A DNA stretch of 55,830 bases, filler included, from Sphacelaria rigidula (Eukaryota), in assembly GCA_964200075.2 (NCBI GenBank). It is 6 parts of 6 records of this genome, joined end to end, with 100 filler letters (N's around TTAATTAATTAA, not from the genome) between each part and the next. Parts side by side here need not be neighbours in the genome. Positions count along the whole stretch, not along the records: positions 1 to 9,222 come from CAXNAA020009005.1; positions 9,323 to 18,544 come from CAXNAA020009006.1; 4 more parts are not named here. One strand, 5' to 3'. This document shows, in pieces, positions 1-11,799 of the stretch. Within the stretch, counting starts at the first letter, position 1. Every line of letters starts with the position of its first letter. Position numbers and translations under genes: made by a program. The notes under the pieces were generated by a model. The model was not told the origin of the DNA. It saw only the letters and a list, made by a program, of their open reading frames with translations, and did no database searches.

Positions 1-11
1 TACCATCATGG

Positions 12-400
12 TTACCGCAAAAAAAACGCGAGCGCGCCAAAAAAAGCGGTAACCTGGTTGCCTAGCTTCCGTAGTGAGTGGCGTGTTTTATAGCGCCATT
101 TGGGGGGGAAGATGGCTTCGCTCGGTCGTAAGTGTTTCGCGTCTTCCCTGCAAAAGAGAAATGCCACTTCAACCCCATATTTTGTATCAATCCCCCATTT
201 TGTAGAATCCACTGTCATGTCGAAACAGCGAAGATGAACAACCATCAATTTCAAAAACAAATAATACACCCTCGAACATGATACAAAATGGTAATACATA
301 ACCACGATCACCATCGGATATGCTACGAGTTTCAGTAACGGCACCTATCAAGCATGCAACACACAACACCGTTCGGGGCAGCCATGCCTCAGTTTAAGGA
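12..400 (-). pseudogene. Degenerate ORF of unknown function, homologous to 20080-20420
   Basis: FDMTVDSTKWGIDTKYGVEVAFLFCREDAKHLRPSEAIFPPKW aligns by eye with FTxTADPNFWGVDI*NGVQVAYLFCRDDAKQLHRAEAYPPPEY in contig 3. Frameshifted. Lies ~550 bp downstream of a Gypsy pol end on the same strand. Confidence 0.5.
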
Positions 401-949
401 ATTAAGTTAACGCAAGAAAATAGAAAGCGACGAGCAGCAGCACACGCTGTGAGGACCAGCCCAGTTAAGGCGATCGGTAGCAGTGAAAGTAGCTTATCGA
501 AGCGGACCATAGGGCACACCGTTGAGACCAGTACGGGTGTACGAAAGGGGTCGAAGTACTAAATTTCTTTAAGAGTGTGAACCTCGGGTCAGACACTTCA
601 TAAACTCAACACGGAAGAAAAACAAAACAGGAAAGAAAAACAAGGGGTACGTACACAACAAATAAAAGACACTACACACGAAGAAGAGAAAAACAAATCA
701 AATCAAAACGAAATAAACACTAACAAAAAGCAAGAGTCATCCCATAAAAAAAAGACAAAACTAAACAAACTAAAACAGACATGTACCTGAAGGTTTAACG
801 CGCGCAACATTCTCAGAGGAGGAACACGTCATTGGCTACTGGGGATACGCGGTTAACCAAACAACACGAGACTCATTACGATGACGCCAACGACGACACG
901 GTACTCCAGGCAAAAGCAACTTGGAAAGCACAATCAATATCAAGCTTCA

Positions 950-1900
950 TCAGTGCCCCACACCGTATCAAGATTGCGTAAGACAGCTTTGTCGATGTCG
1001 CCTCGGTCGTGTCATTGTAGGCACCAATGTCCTCGGCGGGTGGTTGGCACCTCAGTGTAGTAGTCGTCATGGAGGCGGATCTTGATAGGTCCCGGGTCAT
1101 GGAGAAAACGAATGAAGTGTGCATTTTACACTGCAGTATCAATCAAATGATATTTTCTCAGCTACCACCGCGAATCAATTACTTTGTACCAAATATACGC
1201 GCCTTTTGGCAAGCGCTTCTTACAAGAAGAGTCTAAGTGTTGCGCACGAGAAATACGACTGTAGCTGACGATGACGAATCGCGCGGAGTGTTCCCGTGCC
1301 AGCTCACGAGCCGCTGCTCCATTGCGCACGGACCCATAACGTTTGTTCAACGGACGGTGTTGTACAGCATCTCTTAACTAATACAGAAGTACTTCTCTGC
1401 GGAAGTAGCGCAAACTAACTTCCCGTTACCACGTAACACGCATAATACTTCTCCAGTGTGTCTGGTACATAAACGCTGTTTCACCTCCTCGACCTCGGAA
1501 TAATTGATGATCCGATACGCGATTTACCACCACTCGCTCAAGAGGGCCACTGACATCTTTGAGCGTCATGTGAAACGGCGGGGCTTTGGCCGCATAGTTG
1601 GTCATTGGTAATTCTTTGGGCATGTCGGTTGCATTATGTGAGGGCAGACACGGTTTAACCTGAGCATCAAAACTCGGTGTTTAACCTGAGCATCGAAACT
1701 CGATGTTTGGGTTTGATGCTAGGTTCATCGGTGGGAAAATCCAAATACGAAAGTTTCTCGCTTACCGGGCTATCGTCAGGTGCGGCATCACAGGGCCCAA
1801 CTGTAGAAGTAAAGGCAATACCGCAGAGCAGTAAAGCCGTATTCGCCGATGCAAGCAAGCCACACCCTTTGAAGGATGTCAGCAAGCGGTCTTGATGTTC
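950..1900 (-). mobile_element. Ty3/Gypsy pol 3' end remnant: integrase C-terminus with chromodomain-like region and PWWP/Tudor-like extension
   Basis: Successive minus-strand pieces: VGPCDAAPDDSPVSEKLSYLDFPTD; ERVVVNRVSDHQLFRGRGGETAFMYQTHWRSIMRVTW (chromo-like); GAAARELAR...LPKGAYIWYKVIDSRW*L...HFIRFLHDPGPIKI...RGHWCLQ*HDRGD. Contains stops and a frameshifting 26-bp tandem duplication (1653-1704). Confidence 0.8.
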
Positions 1901-4900
1901 GATTTGTTAAACTCAAGCTGCATGTTTGGGTTTCAACACAACAAACCGGCTGTTCACGGGGAATCACGCAGCCCGAAGCCTGAATACAAGTAACTATCGT
2001 GGATGAGGATGATGGTACAGCCCAGCTAGAGACTCACGTCAGAGGCTGTGGGCTCGCGACCGTGTAGACAGGAGAGACCGGTAGGGTAGGTGATGAATAA
2101 AAGCTCTTCTTATATCCAATAGATGCCTGCAGACTGATCGGTGGACTTCTCGCCCTTACCTTGCCTCGCATACAAATGCCATAGTACAAAATCAGCCTGA
2201 CGCGCCATGCTGTGGCCAATCAAAGCAGTAGTGACGTACGCCGGCGGCTGGCCAGGTACAACTCTGTATCCAGCTTCAACCAGCTGCGTCAACCATAAAA
2301 ACAATCCAATTTCTACCTTATACAGGCACACATTCGACTAGAATCTTTTCATACCCGCCGATCGTTTGTAGATCGATCGTAGTATCCTACTGTACTAGTG
2401 TAATTCTCGCACACGGTCAAATACCATCACATTAGCCCACCCTGGATCGTGACAAGTGCATTTTTACGAACGAGCTTGCATCGAGACACACCATTCCCAC
2501 ACCACAGAAACTGAGACTCATTTTGAACGTCAAGTATTCTTTCGATATGGGGAGCGATAAGGTACGACCAACACAAAGAAACAAGAAAAACACGAACACA
2601 AACACAAACACAAAGCAAGGAGAAAAAATATCGAACCGATACAAGAATTCAGTGTCCTCATGTTTCACATTTCAGACGGAGCCATGGGAATTCCAAACAA
2701 AAACACAAAAATAAAAAATCAACAATCAACATCATATACCAAAAAAATGAAGTGTCCACCAGAATGCCGTGAGCATGTTCAGGATGCCGTGAGCATGTCC
2801 GGGATAGCCACCGAAATCAGAGACCCATCATTGAAACGATCATCCTACCCTGCCATAACTATATCATGAATAAAATAGTTCACTCTTTTTCGGATGTCCG
2901 ATTTGTTTTAGGTCATTTGTAGAAAAACAAGCAAGCCCGCCAAGGCATTATATCACTCCAATAACCAGGTTCATGCTAATCACTCGTCCCAGTCAATGAG
3001 CAAAAGCCAACAACGTACAGCCGATTTCGTCGCGGAAAAGGTAGTTTCCCGCGAAACCCATACGTTGAAAAAACAAACAATATATATATATAGCATGACA
3101 CGGACAAATCAACCCGTTTGACGCGAGTTAATTGTCGGTACATGTTTGTGAGAGCAACGACTTGCTTGAGACGTCTGGGTGATGATCCAATCGTACAGCA
3201 CTTTTTTTTTTCTCACACGACGAGATACGAAAACAACCGACCGGGTTGTGAGGTCAGGTGTCCGTACACGTCAAAAGAAACGTAGTGGAGTCAATACACA
3301 ACCTTCGGGCCTACTACGTAGTTCCGAGGCGGATCGCTAACACATTTCTGACCCACGACAAATACACAGGACAGAGAGGACCAACACAGCCGACCCCTCA
3401 CAGTATTTGCCCGTTCGGACTTAAACGAGACTGGCCCGAACACAAACTGGAGTAAAAACCACAGCCGGTCGAACCGTCACGTTACTTCGTCCAATAATCC
3501 CTGATAAAAACAAAACAACAACGACCGCTTTCATGGGCGGGTAACTGTACGCAAAAACTGGTAAACGTGAAACAAACAAATAGCGAGTGGCGGACTCTGA
3601 GCCTGTCGGCTGTATCAATGGTCGAATATCGACATGGCGGAACGGACAATTCCGGAAGAGCAATCTACCCTATCATGATACGTAATGGTCCGGTATGAGG
3701 AGACGTTTGCAACCGATCATACCGCGACTTCAATGACAATTCTGCAACACCGCTACGTACGACGCGGCCAGTAGTGACCTCGTTGTAACTTATCAATCAC
3801 CAAAGTATGAATCATCCGATGCGTCGCATTACCCGTGACCCTCCTATAAACGAAGTCGGTCACACGTGTGTAGGATTTGCACAGAAAAGTAGGCCAAGTG
3901 TTCTAGACTCGATGGTCAGGAAGGTTGGAACCCTCATGGCGAAATTCCCGACATAGACGCAGAAAGAAAACCAAAATAAAACAAAACCAGGGGCACGCTG
4001 GGCAACAGCGAAAACGAAATATCAGCAATATGAAGCAGAACAACAACACGTGGCGACCGTCCTTGTAAACGGGAGCGGTTATCGTTTGTACGAAGCAAGC
4101 AGGGTCAAACGTTTCAGCCAAGAAGGTCGAAACATGTCAGACACTCGGCTTCGGTTACTATTGCCCATGTTATTATAAAACCCAACGTGGAACGCACACA
4201 AAAGAAGACACGTCACGATCGATCCCGAAGAGGGAGGCGGTATTCGCGTATGGAGCGAGTGAACAAGAGCGCAGATATTCCAGATGTGGGCGTCAGGTAT
4301 TTCTAGCGCTCGCTCCGGAAACTTTTCACCAAAAACAAACAAAATGAAAATAAAACCATATAATAAACAAAGCGAGACAAAAGGTGCGAACAATTTAGAA
4401 AAATAAATAAATGAATAACTCGTGGCAACTGTTCCAGTATACGGGATGGTCGTGAATGTACGGCGCGGAGGACGGAGGCTCAAGGTCCCAGACTCGGGGT
4501 CAGGAATGGAACGGTCGTCACTTGTACTTTACCAGATGAACCCAGAAATAACCAAGAAAATTATTCATCGGCACGAAACAAAATTGAAAACAAAAAACGA
4601 GGCGAAAAGAGAAAAAAGGAAAAAAGAAGAAAAAAAAGAACGACAAGCACAAATCAAAACAAAATGACGCAAAAGCCAAAAATAAGCAAAACACAAAGTC
4701 AGGGTCCAAAGCCAAGAAAAAACAAGACAAGAGAAAAAAATACAAAATACAAAATACGAAATAAAAAAACAAAATACGAAACACAACATACAACCACTAC
4801 AAGTACGGGGCTAATCAGTACGAAAAAAATGAAGGGAGGAAGGGGGAACACATGGTTTTCCAACGACGCTACGGCGCAAAACAAGCGACTCGAACGTGGT

Positions 4901-5670
4901 ACACTACGCAACGTAAATGGGGAAGCAGACTCGGATGCGGCATCATGAATCATCTGCATCCCAAGCGGTGTCCGTGTTCCGCAGAACGGCTGTGTCGAGA
5001 TCGCCTCGGTCGTGTCGTTGGAGGCACCAGGATCCCCTCCGAGGCGTGGACTTACAGGCTGACCGGTCATCGGGGTTCCTGCCACGTTTCAGCCCAGGTT
5101 CTTACTCTTCGGTATTTTCAGTCGATCAAGCCTGTCCCGATCGCATTTGTGAGAAAACGTGCAGTTTTCTTTTCTGAAATTGTACCCACCTGTTGCACTA
5201 GAGTCGAAAAACGGTGTTTCACGGCATATAACATCCTCCTGATAAACGGGCTATTCACTCGTATCGCCCGATTACGTCAACTGACACTGACTTGGGCACT
5301 GTGTTCTGAGGATGATCTGTTTATTGTACCAAAATCTAGCGACGCTAGCAATTTCGAGTTTTATCGAAGAGTAGTACGCGAGGAAAACCCCAAAACACCC
5401 CTGGATGGTTAGGCCGCCCACTACTGTAGTACCTAGTACAGAAGCGTGAGCTGTAGTCGTCAGCCCAACGATGCCAGGTGCCGAGTTTTTGTCCATTGAG
5501 AGTGGTGTATAGATTCCGCTATTGCCATTTCTGCTAATGAAATATACAATGTCTCCGGTGGGATCAGTGATGCGTCCCAAGGCGGAGCTGTCTATGGGTT
5601 GGGCCGGGATGGGCAAGAGAGACAGAAAATCAGCGTTTTCACTTTGAGGTTCTCTTCGATACTTCAGCGG

Positions 5671-6096
5671 TTAGTTGTACGAAGACAGGATTTCGAACCA
5701 GCGTTGAACCCGGGCGTTGTGTTCCACCATTTTGGCGAGGTTTTTCAAAGGCTTATGATCTGTATAAATCACGAACGGAATGCCATACAAGTACTGACGG
5801 AGACGTCTCACTCCCCAAACAATCGCGCCACCTTCTTGCTCCATGACCGACCAGTTTTGTTTGTTTGGGTAGGTTGTTCGACTCAAATATACAATGGGGC
5901 GAATAGTAGCATCTGATTCTTCCTGTTCCAACGTGCAGTCAAACCCAATTATGGAGGAATCCGTGTGAAGTCGGAACGCGCGTGAGCCATCTTCAGCGAC
6001 TGACCAGTCTGGGAGAATCAAGATTGGTGGTCGCGGAAGTGTGTCAAGCAATTGACGTACAGTTGTTTCCATATCCGACGTAAAAACGAACTTCAC
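5671..6096 (-). pseudogene. Ty3/Gypsy RNase H domain remnant
   Basis: FRLHTDSSIIG...IRPIVYLSRT...NWSVMEQEGGAIVWGVRRLRQYLYGIPFVIYTDHKPL...ARVQRW, the typical Ty3 RNase H pattern. Confidence 0.9.
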
Positions 6097-7915
6097 TCCT
6101 TATTATGAAGGATGTGAGGGGTTTCAGGGTTTGGGCTAGGTTCGGCGATAACTGTCGGTAGTAGTTCCACCGCCAAACAAGGAACGCAGTTGAGATGTAT
6201 CCCGTGGTATGGGGATATTTGTTAGTGCGGCAACCTTGTCAAGGTTCGAGCTACGTCCTTCAGGAGATATGTAGTGGCCTAGGAATTTGAAGGGGGCGAG
6301 TTTCAAGTTGTGTTGTTCAAAGCGCGCGAAGAAAGACGCCAAGCGCTTGGCATGTTCGGAAGTGCGCCACCGTGTTTTACCGCACGCCGGGGTACACATG
6401 GCACTTGGAGGATCCATCACTCACACAAAACATCACACGTGAAAACGCCCCGGGGGCGCCGACGGCACCTTATTATGGTGTCACCAGCCATTCGTAAGCC
6501 TTACAAAGAGCTGTCAGTTCTTTACATTACGGGTCCATTACAAGTTGGTGGTGAACTGACGCGCTATTTCGTTGTGAAGGGAGGCATCATCCATGAGTGC
6601 AGTTCCACTGAACAGATCCGATCCATATCCTGGCAAGAAATCTGTGGACAAACCGTGCTTGTGATTGTGAGCGGTTGCGGTGAACTACACTCGTTGATGA
6701 TCCTTCGGAACATAATTTCTGTCCTAAGGTGGGTCGGGGCACAGAGTGTCTTTTATCGTTGTTGGGGAATCTGTCGAGTTATGAATTTTGTATACTGCAA
6801 GGGATGGACAATGCCTGGGAAGGGCAGTTGTCGTTGCTGAACCCGACAACTGTCGCGTTTGGTTTGGGATATCTTGGTCGGCCGCGACAAGTAGCGAAGC
6901 GTCAGTTTACGAAGCTGGCGAGGTAGCAGCATCAAACGAGGGGACGTTTCGGCGAAGGGCGGAGGCGATTTGGGTACACTAGTCAATTGGCTACCCACGT
7001 TAGTTGGGGCCAACGTTGGTAAAATAGGGGACGCGCGGTCAGCGTGGACGGCTCGCTACGCCATGTTTTCCTTGTGATAAAGACTCAGACGGGGGGTTTT
7101 CATGACAACGAGACGAACGCCCAACTGGCAGCGAGGTATTTGATCCAAGAGATGACAACGCTAATATAGTGATGGGTCCCAATATAGTGTGTGAGGGGTC
7201 GGCGGGGAGCAGTATTGATCTGTTCGAAATCTGGGAAACACTGACCTGGCCGACATTATCGCCTTCATCCAATAATACCCACACCCGTTCACGATCTTGG
7301 TGGACGGGTGCAACTGCGTCATCAGAGATATTCACAGGGTAATTCGGAGGAGCCCGCCGAGGGTGACGCGTATAGCGCACCAAAGGTTCGGCTGCTCCGG
7401 AGCCCATTGGAAATTGGTCAAGGACAGTCCGCCCTCGGTCACGCTCGTGGCGCTCCACCGGCGCTGTTGCTTGGGGCTCCTTTCCAACCCGCTCAGCGAC
7501 GGAAAGCCAGGGTTCGACACGGTTGCGCTCCGTGTACGAAACGTTACGCTCACCAAATGAAAGAGGACCGGGCACCGACGTCATTTCGTCCGTGGGTGTA
7601 ACAGGGGTCGGCTTAGCACCTAAGCTTATTCAGGGGCTGGTGTGTAACCTTTTTTCAATCATCCTACGATTGACGGTCGCAGGAGTAACAGCTACCGCGC
7701 CAAAAGGTGATCGTGCTTCGGGTGCGGGAGGTATTACGCTACACGACTGCCGATCCCGCGAGGAGAAAGGATCCAACTGGCTATGATCAATACCACTTGG
7801 GGGTGAAACTAGGTGATGAGCTCCAGAACAAGAACATTGGGGTGGGTCATTACGCAATATGAGATTTGTGCAAAGATGCACGGGATTCTGCTGCCATGAA
7901 ACCCATCATGACAGT

Positions 7916-7942
7916 CTGGTCGAGCCCAGTGTACCCGCACCA
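7916..7942 (-). other. Putative primer-binding site of the Gypsy element
   Basis: Minus strand TGGTGCGGGTACACTGGGCTCGACCAG. Its complement reads like a tRNA 3' end (CTGG-TCGAGC-CCAG T-arm ... CCCGCACCA). Located just 5' of the gag region. Confidence 0.55.
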
Positions 7943-9222
7943 CTAATCTGAACCTGTGCCGGCCGACATTGATTCAGTTCTGTGATGCGTGTCTGCTGGC
8001 CGAGCGAAAGAAAAGGGGGGGGGCACTTTCGAGGCGTGTTGCCGTCAATAGTTGGTTCCCTAATATGGGCCTGTGGCAGACAAGGGGGAACGAACGCGAA
8101 GTGTTTTCAAAACGGGCAGAGGACGACGGCCTAATTTGAGGCAGTGTTACACTCTGGATCGCCGCATTGTATGCTTCTTTGAAAACGCGGAGTTTGGTGC
8201 ATTTTCAAAACATCGTCAAGTGACGCGTGAAGCATCAGTGGAGAGAAAGAAATCAATCTGGCGGGGCTCAGCCGTTGTGCGAGGTCCAATCACAAGGGGG
8301 CGTCTGTCGCTTTATGATTGACCCTGTGCATGCGGGTGAAGGACGACAAATGATATATTGGCAGGCATGGACCGGAAGCTTTGGCGCTCGAGCCTAAAAA
8401 ATACTGTTGACTGCACTGTTGGTTGAGATTCGCTGTGATCATTACCGTAGTTACAACATGGAATCGGGGACGGTTGTCTGAAGCGTGCTTGTCGCGACGC
8501 TGAGGGCGACGGTATGAGCGCATACGCGTTTGCCAGGTATGCCAGCATTGTTAGTATTTGGTTCGAAGAAAAGGCTCCACAGGTGCGCATCTAATATGTG
8601 GGTATGCAATCGGTTGCGGAATGTCCAGTATCTTCATGAAACTAAATACAGCAACATTGGCATGTATCCTTACCGGGAAGGGGGTCGACGTAAGGGTTTC
8701 ACATCGGTGTTTTCGAAAGGTTCGTGGACGTACTGTACTGATTTGATGTGCTTACCGCCAAATTTCTGGTGCGAAAGGCAGAGAAGGGAATCGGCTGGTC
8801 AACACATCGTTTGTTACCGTTGCGGAAAAAACGTGACCAAACCGACTTACTTACTTCATATATGATCCATTTCAGCCAGCGAGACCGAACAGTGGGATGC
8901 ATCCGTGCTGCTAAAATTGAATCAAGAAGAACAAGAATGTAAGGTAACGTCATGAGAGACTCCGCTGTGCTCGTATAAGTCTGAATGTTAGAGGCTGGCT
9001 GCAATCCACGGATCTTATTCGCTATGCAGCTTAGTGTACACCGGACATTTACCCACGCTGTCATCATCTTAATGAGGTGTCGGGGGAAGGTAAATGTAGA
9101 AAATTAATGAAGGATCGCAGGGAAATCAGAGGAAAAAAGGGGGGGGGGGGGGGGGGGCAAGTATTTCTTGCCTGCCGAGGGGGGGTGGGGACAAGCCCGA
9201 CAACGCTGGTCGGACCGCGCCC

Positions 9223-9322
9223 NNNNNNNNNNNNNNNNNNNNNNNNNNNNNNNNNNNNNNNNNNNNTTAATTAATTAANNNNNNNNNNNNNNNNNNNNNN
9301 NNNNNNNNNNNNNNNNNNNNNN
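9223..9322. other. Artificial contig linker (N44-TTAATTAATTAA-N44)
   Basis: 100-bp spacer with six-frame stops, repeated identically five times. Confidence 0.98.
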
Positions 9323-9386
9323 GGGGGGGGGGGGTCGGGGGGCGGGGGGTGGGGGGGGGGGGGGGGGGGGGGTGGGGGGGGGGGGT
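9323..9386. repeat. Poly-G low-complexity contig end
   Basis: Almost pure G run at the contig start; may be a sequencing artefact. Confidence 0.8.
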
Positions 9387-10934
9387 TGAGCTGCTTCTCC
9401 CACAAAGAAGTCACTTTGAAGGGCAGAGGCAGGCAGCAGTATTTATTCGAAAGCTCTCATTATCAACATAGCACACACATCCATCCACACCGCTTGGCAA
9501 AGCGTCCACCCACATACAAGCCCATCACAATTGAGTGGAGTTGTGCAATATATCCATGACACTCCGTTTTTCCCTGCAGTGACGCACCGCCCCCTCTCCC
9601 CTGCCGCTTGACCCTGGTCCGGTGAAAGCCCGGCGTGCTTCGTCCCGGCTTTGTAGGGAGGCCAGGTCAATGGTCTCATGACTACGGCATTCAAGATTAT
9701 GACTTCACCTCCAGCCGCTTGCAGATAACTCCAAGGTGAACCCCGGCTCATGAGGGATGAGGGTGCGATCGATCAGCCAAGGAGATCCGTACTTTTGGCA
9801 AACACATGCCAGCTTTAATCACACTGAGAGCTACTCGGTACTACAACTACCATCGCACAACGTCAGCGACGAGTACGATAATGTCGCAGGGTTTCGGTAA
9901 TCGTCCAGCTTCACCAATTCTCCCCGCCACCTCACATTGGCCTCCATTATTTTTTCCGTACCTCAGGGCGGGCAATGCCGCGTACAGAAGAAGGGCCTCT
10001 GCCATGTCCTCCTCGGGTGCGGCACGTACTGCAGGACGACGACAAACTGTATGGTGGGGTCAGGTTGCTGTTCCGTCCGGTATGTGCGCGCAAACGACGT
10101 TGCGGTTAGCGTAGCGTATGCGCCTGCCAACCATGGGAGAGCGGACGGGAATAGGTTTACATGAGGAGTCATCAGGAACATAGATTTTGAGCTATGGCCA
10201 GTTTGTGCAACAATATAAAATTCCGCAGTGCGCTATGGCGATAGCGATGGTTTCGTCAAGTAACTACGGCGCGATATCGGCGTTTGGTCCTTTGATTCAT
10301 GCAACGGATGCACAGGCCATGTAGAGTAGAGCCTCCAGCAGGCTGCCCTCGTGGCGAGGACCAACGCTACTTAGAGTTTTGCCATCACTTGTGAAACGTC
10401 ATCAGTGGGTAGACAGCGCAGCGACACGCCAGGTCCAATGTGAAAATACCGACGAGATATAGTGATTGAGAAGCAATCTTTAGTTCTCCTTGGCGTGACG
10501 CATGGACACCTATGTATCGATCATGAGTACCCACGGGTGATCATGGGCTACCCGTACTGCTCATGAGTATCCAAGCGTAGTCCGGGCGACACTGTGCTAT
10601 TTCATAGTAGTAACGCTGCCGGCGAAAAAGTGCTGTACTGTCCTGTTTTGTCCCTGGTCCTACGGTCGTGAAGAGGATGCACGGAGTGCTGCAGCAGCTA
10701 GGATGCTGCTACGGTACTGAACATACACCATGCATAGCTGTGTTTGCACTGACTGTACTAAACTTGTATGCGAGGAGTGTATGCTCCATCACTGACTGGA
10801 CCATCGCGGGTGCGGTGTGCGAGGAGTTTGTAATGGAGCGTCACTTTCCAGACAGTCTGATGTCACTGAGAACTAAGGCTCCTTCTTATCATTATACTAT
10901 TTTGTATGGCAGTCACAAGAACGGATCTGTACGC

Positions 10935-11799
10935 AGATCGGGGGACCTCAAATCCGGAAACGCCTTGTATGGACCCCAATTTGGCCTAAATCGGGGAAGC
11001 TCAGATTCGTACATCACGATTTGTGAACGCTTTCCCCCGAATCTGAGCGCAGATCGGGGGGAAATCGAGGTCCCCCGAATCTGTAGGAAATGACGTACGC
11101 ATGTTGACGTACGGTGATAGGGCAACAGACGTTTGATATTTTGCAACAACAGCAGCAGACAGTCTCGTGACAGGACAGACCGTGCCTGTCAGCGCAAGCT
11201 TCTGGAGCAGCTTCGCACGGGGTTTGACAAGCGGATAAGAAGTGTTGACGCCGTACCCTGCGGCGATGGTAATATTTTATGCTGCACTGCGCTGCTGTAT
11301 GTATCATCATAACGAGGGGGACTGTACTATCCTACACTCTGCTGTCGCTGTACTTGCAGGGTGATGAATGATACTGCACTCGTGAACTCTTGTCGCATAC
11401 TGTGTACTGCTTTCGCAATACTGACTGTGCCATTATGTATTACCACACGGCATTATCGTGTACTGTGATTGTGGAGTATACTGCACTGCATTATACCCGA
11501 GGGTACCACGGTACGCCGCTGCTCTTGAAGGATGATTCACTACCTGCCTGTTCTCCGGCTTCACTGTGATACAACATCCGCCCAGGAAATGACCGTCCGT
11601 GTACAGAACAATTTTAACAAATCTGTGAAGCCATAATGAAGGGGTACACACGGATCTGACTTTCGCAAATCTAAGCCCCCCCGATTTGGCACAGATTGGG
11701 GTCCCGCCAGATTCGGGATTGGTCCCCATGTTATTACAGACTGAAAAACGTCACTGAAAAAAGTTCGGGCGGACGACTTTTCTCAGTGACTTTTTTCAG
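10935..11799. repeat. Inverted-repeat-rich element remnant (MITE-like)
   Basis: GGACCCCAATTTGGCCTAAATCGGGGAAGCTCAGATT (~10971) is inverted at ~11667-11704. Further hairpins at 10935-11083 and 11741-11799 (24-bp arms, 22/24 match). Termini and TSD not resolved. Confidence 0.5.

Larger units (their letters stand above)
4950..7942 (-). mobile_element. Degenerate Ty3/Gypsy LTR retrotransposon internal region (PBS, decayed gag/PR, RT, RNase H; integrase core missing)
   Basis: RT remnant QGAVGAPGAFSRVM...FLGHYISPEG...LRSLFGG (~6140-6470), RNase H (5671-6096), ENADFLSLLP, then after only a few hundred bp the pol C-terminus RGSWCLQRHDRGDLDTAVLRN (~4960-5045), which matches 960-1040. A long A-rich non-coding tract (~2400-4900) is probably the 3' region. 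Confidence 0.85.

Noticed and set aside
4079..4948. Hydrophobic Phe-rich or Lys-rich ORFs as membrane or basic proteins (also 2427-2714)
   Set aside because: By-products of A-rich low-complexity retroelement non-coding sequence.
9267..9278. TTAATTAATTAA as a biological motif
   Set aside because: It is centred in identical N-runs five times, so it is an assembly linker. ORFs containing X runs are artefacts.
9400..10500. Protein-coding gene on the minus strand
   Set aside because: Some exon-like signals, but no recognisable motif or consistent frame.
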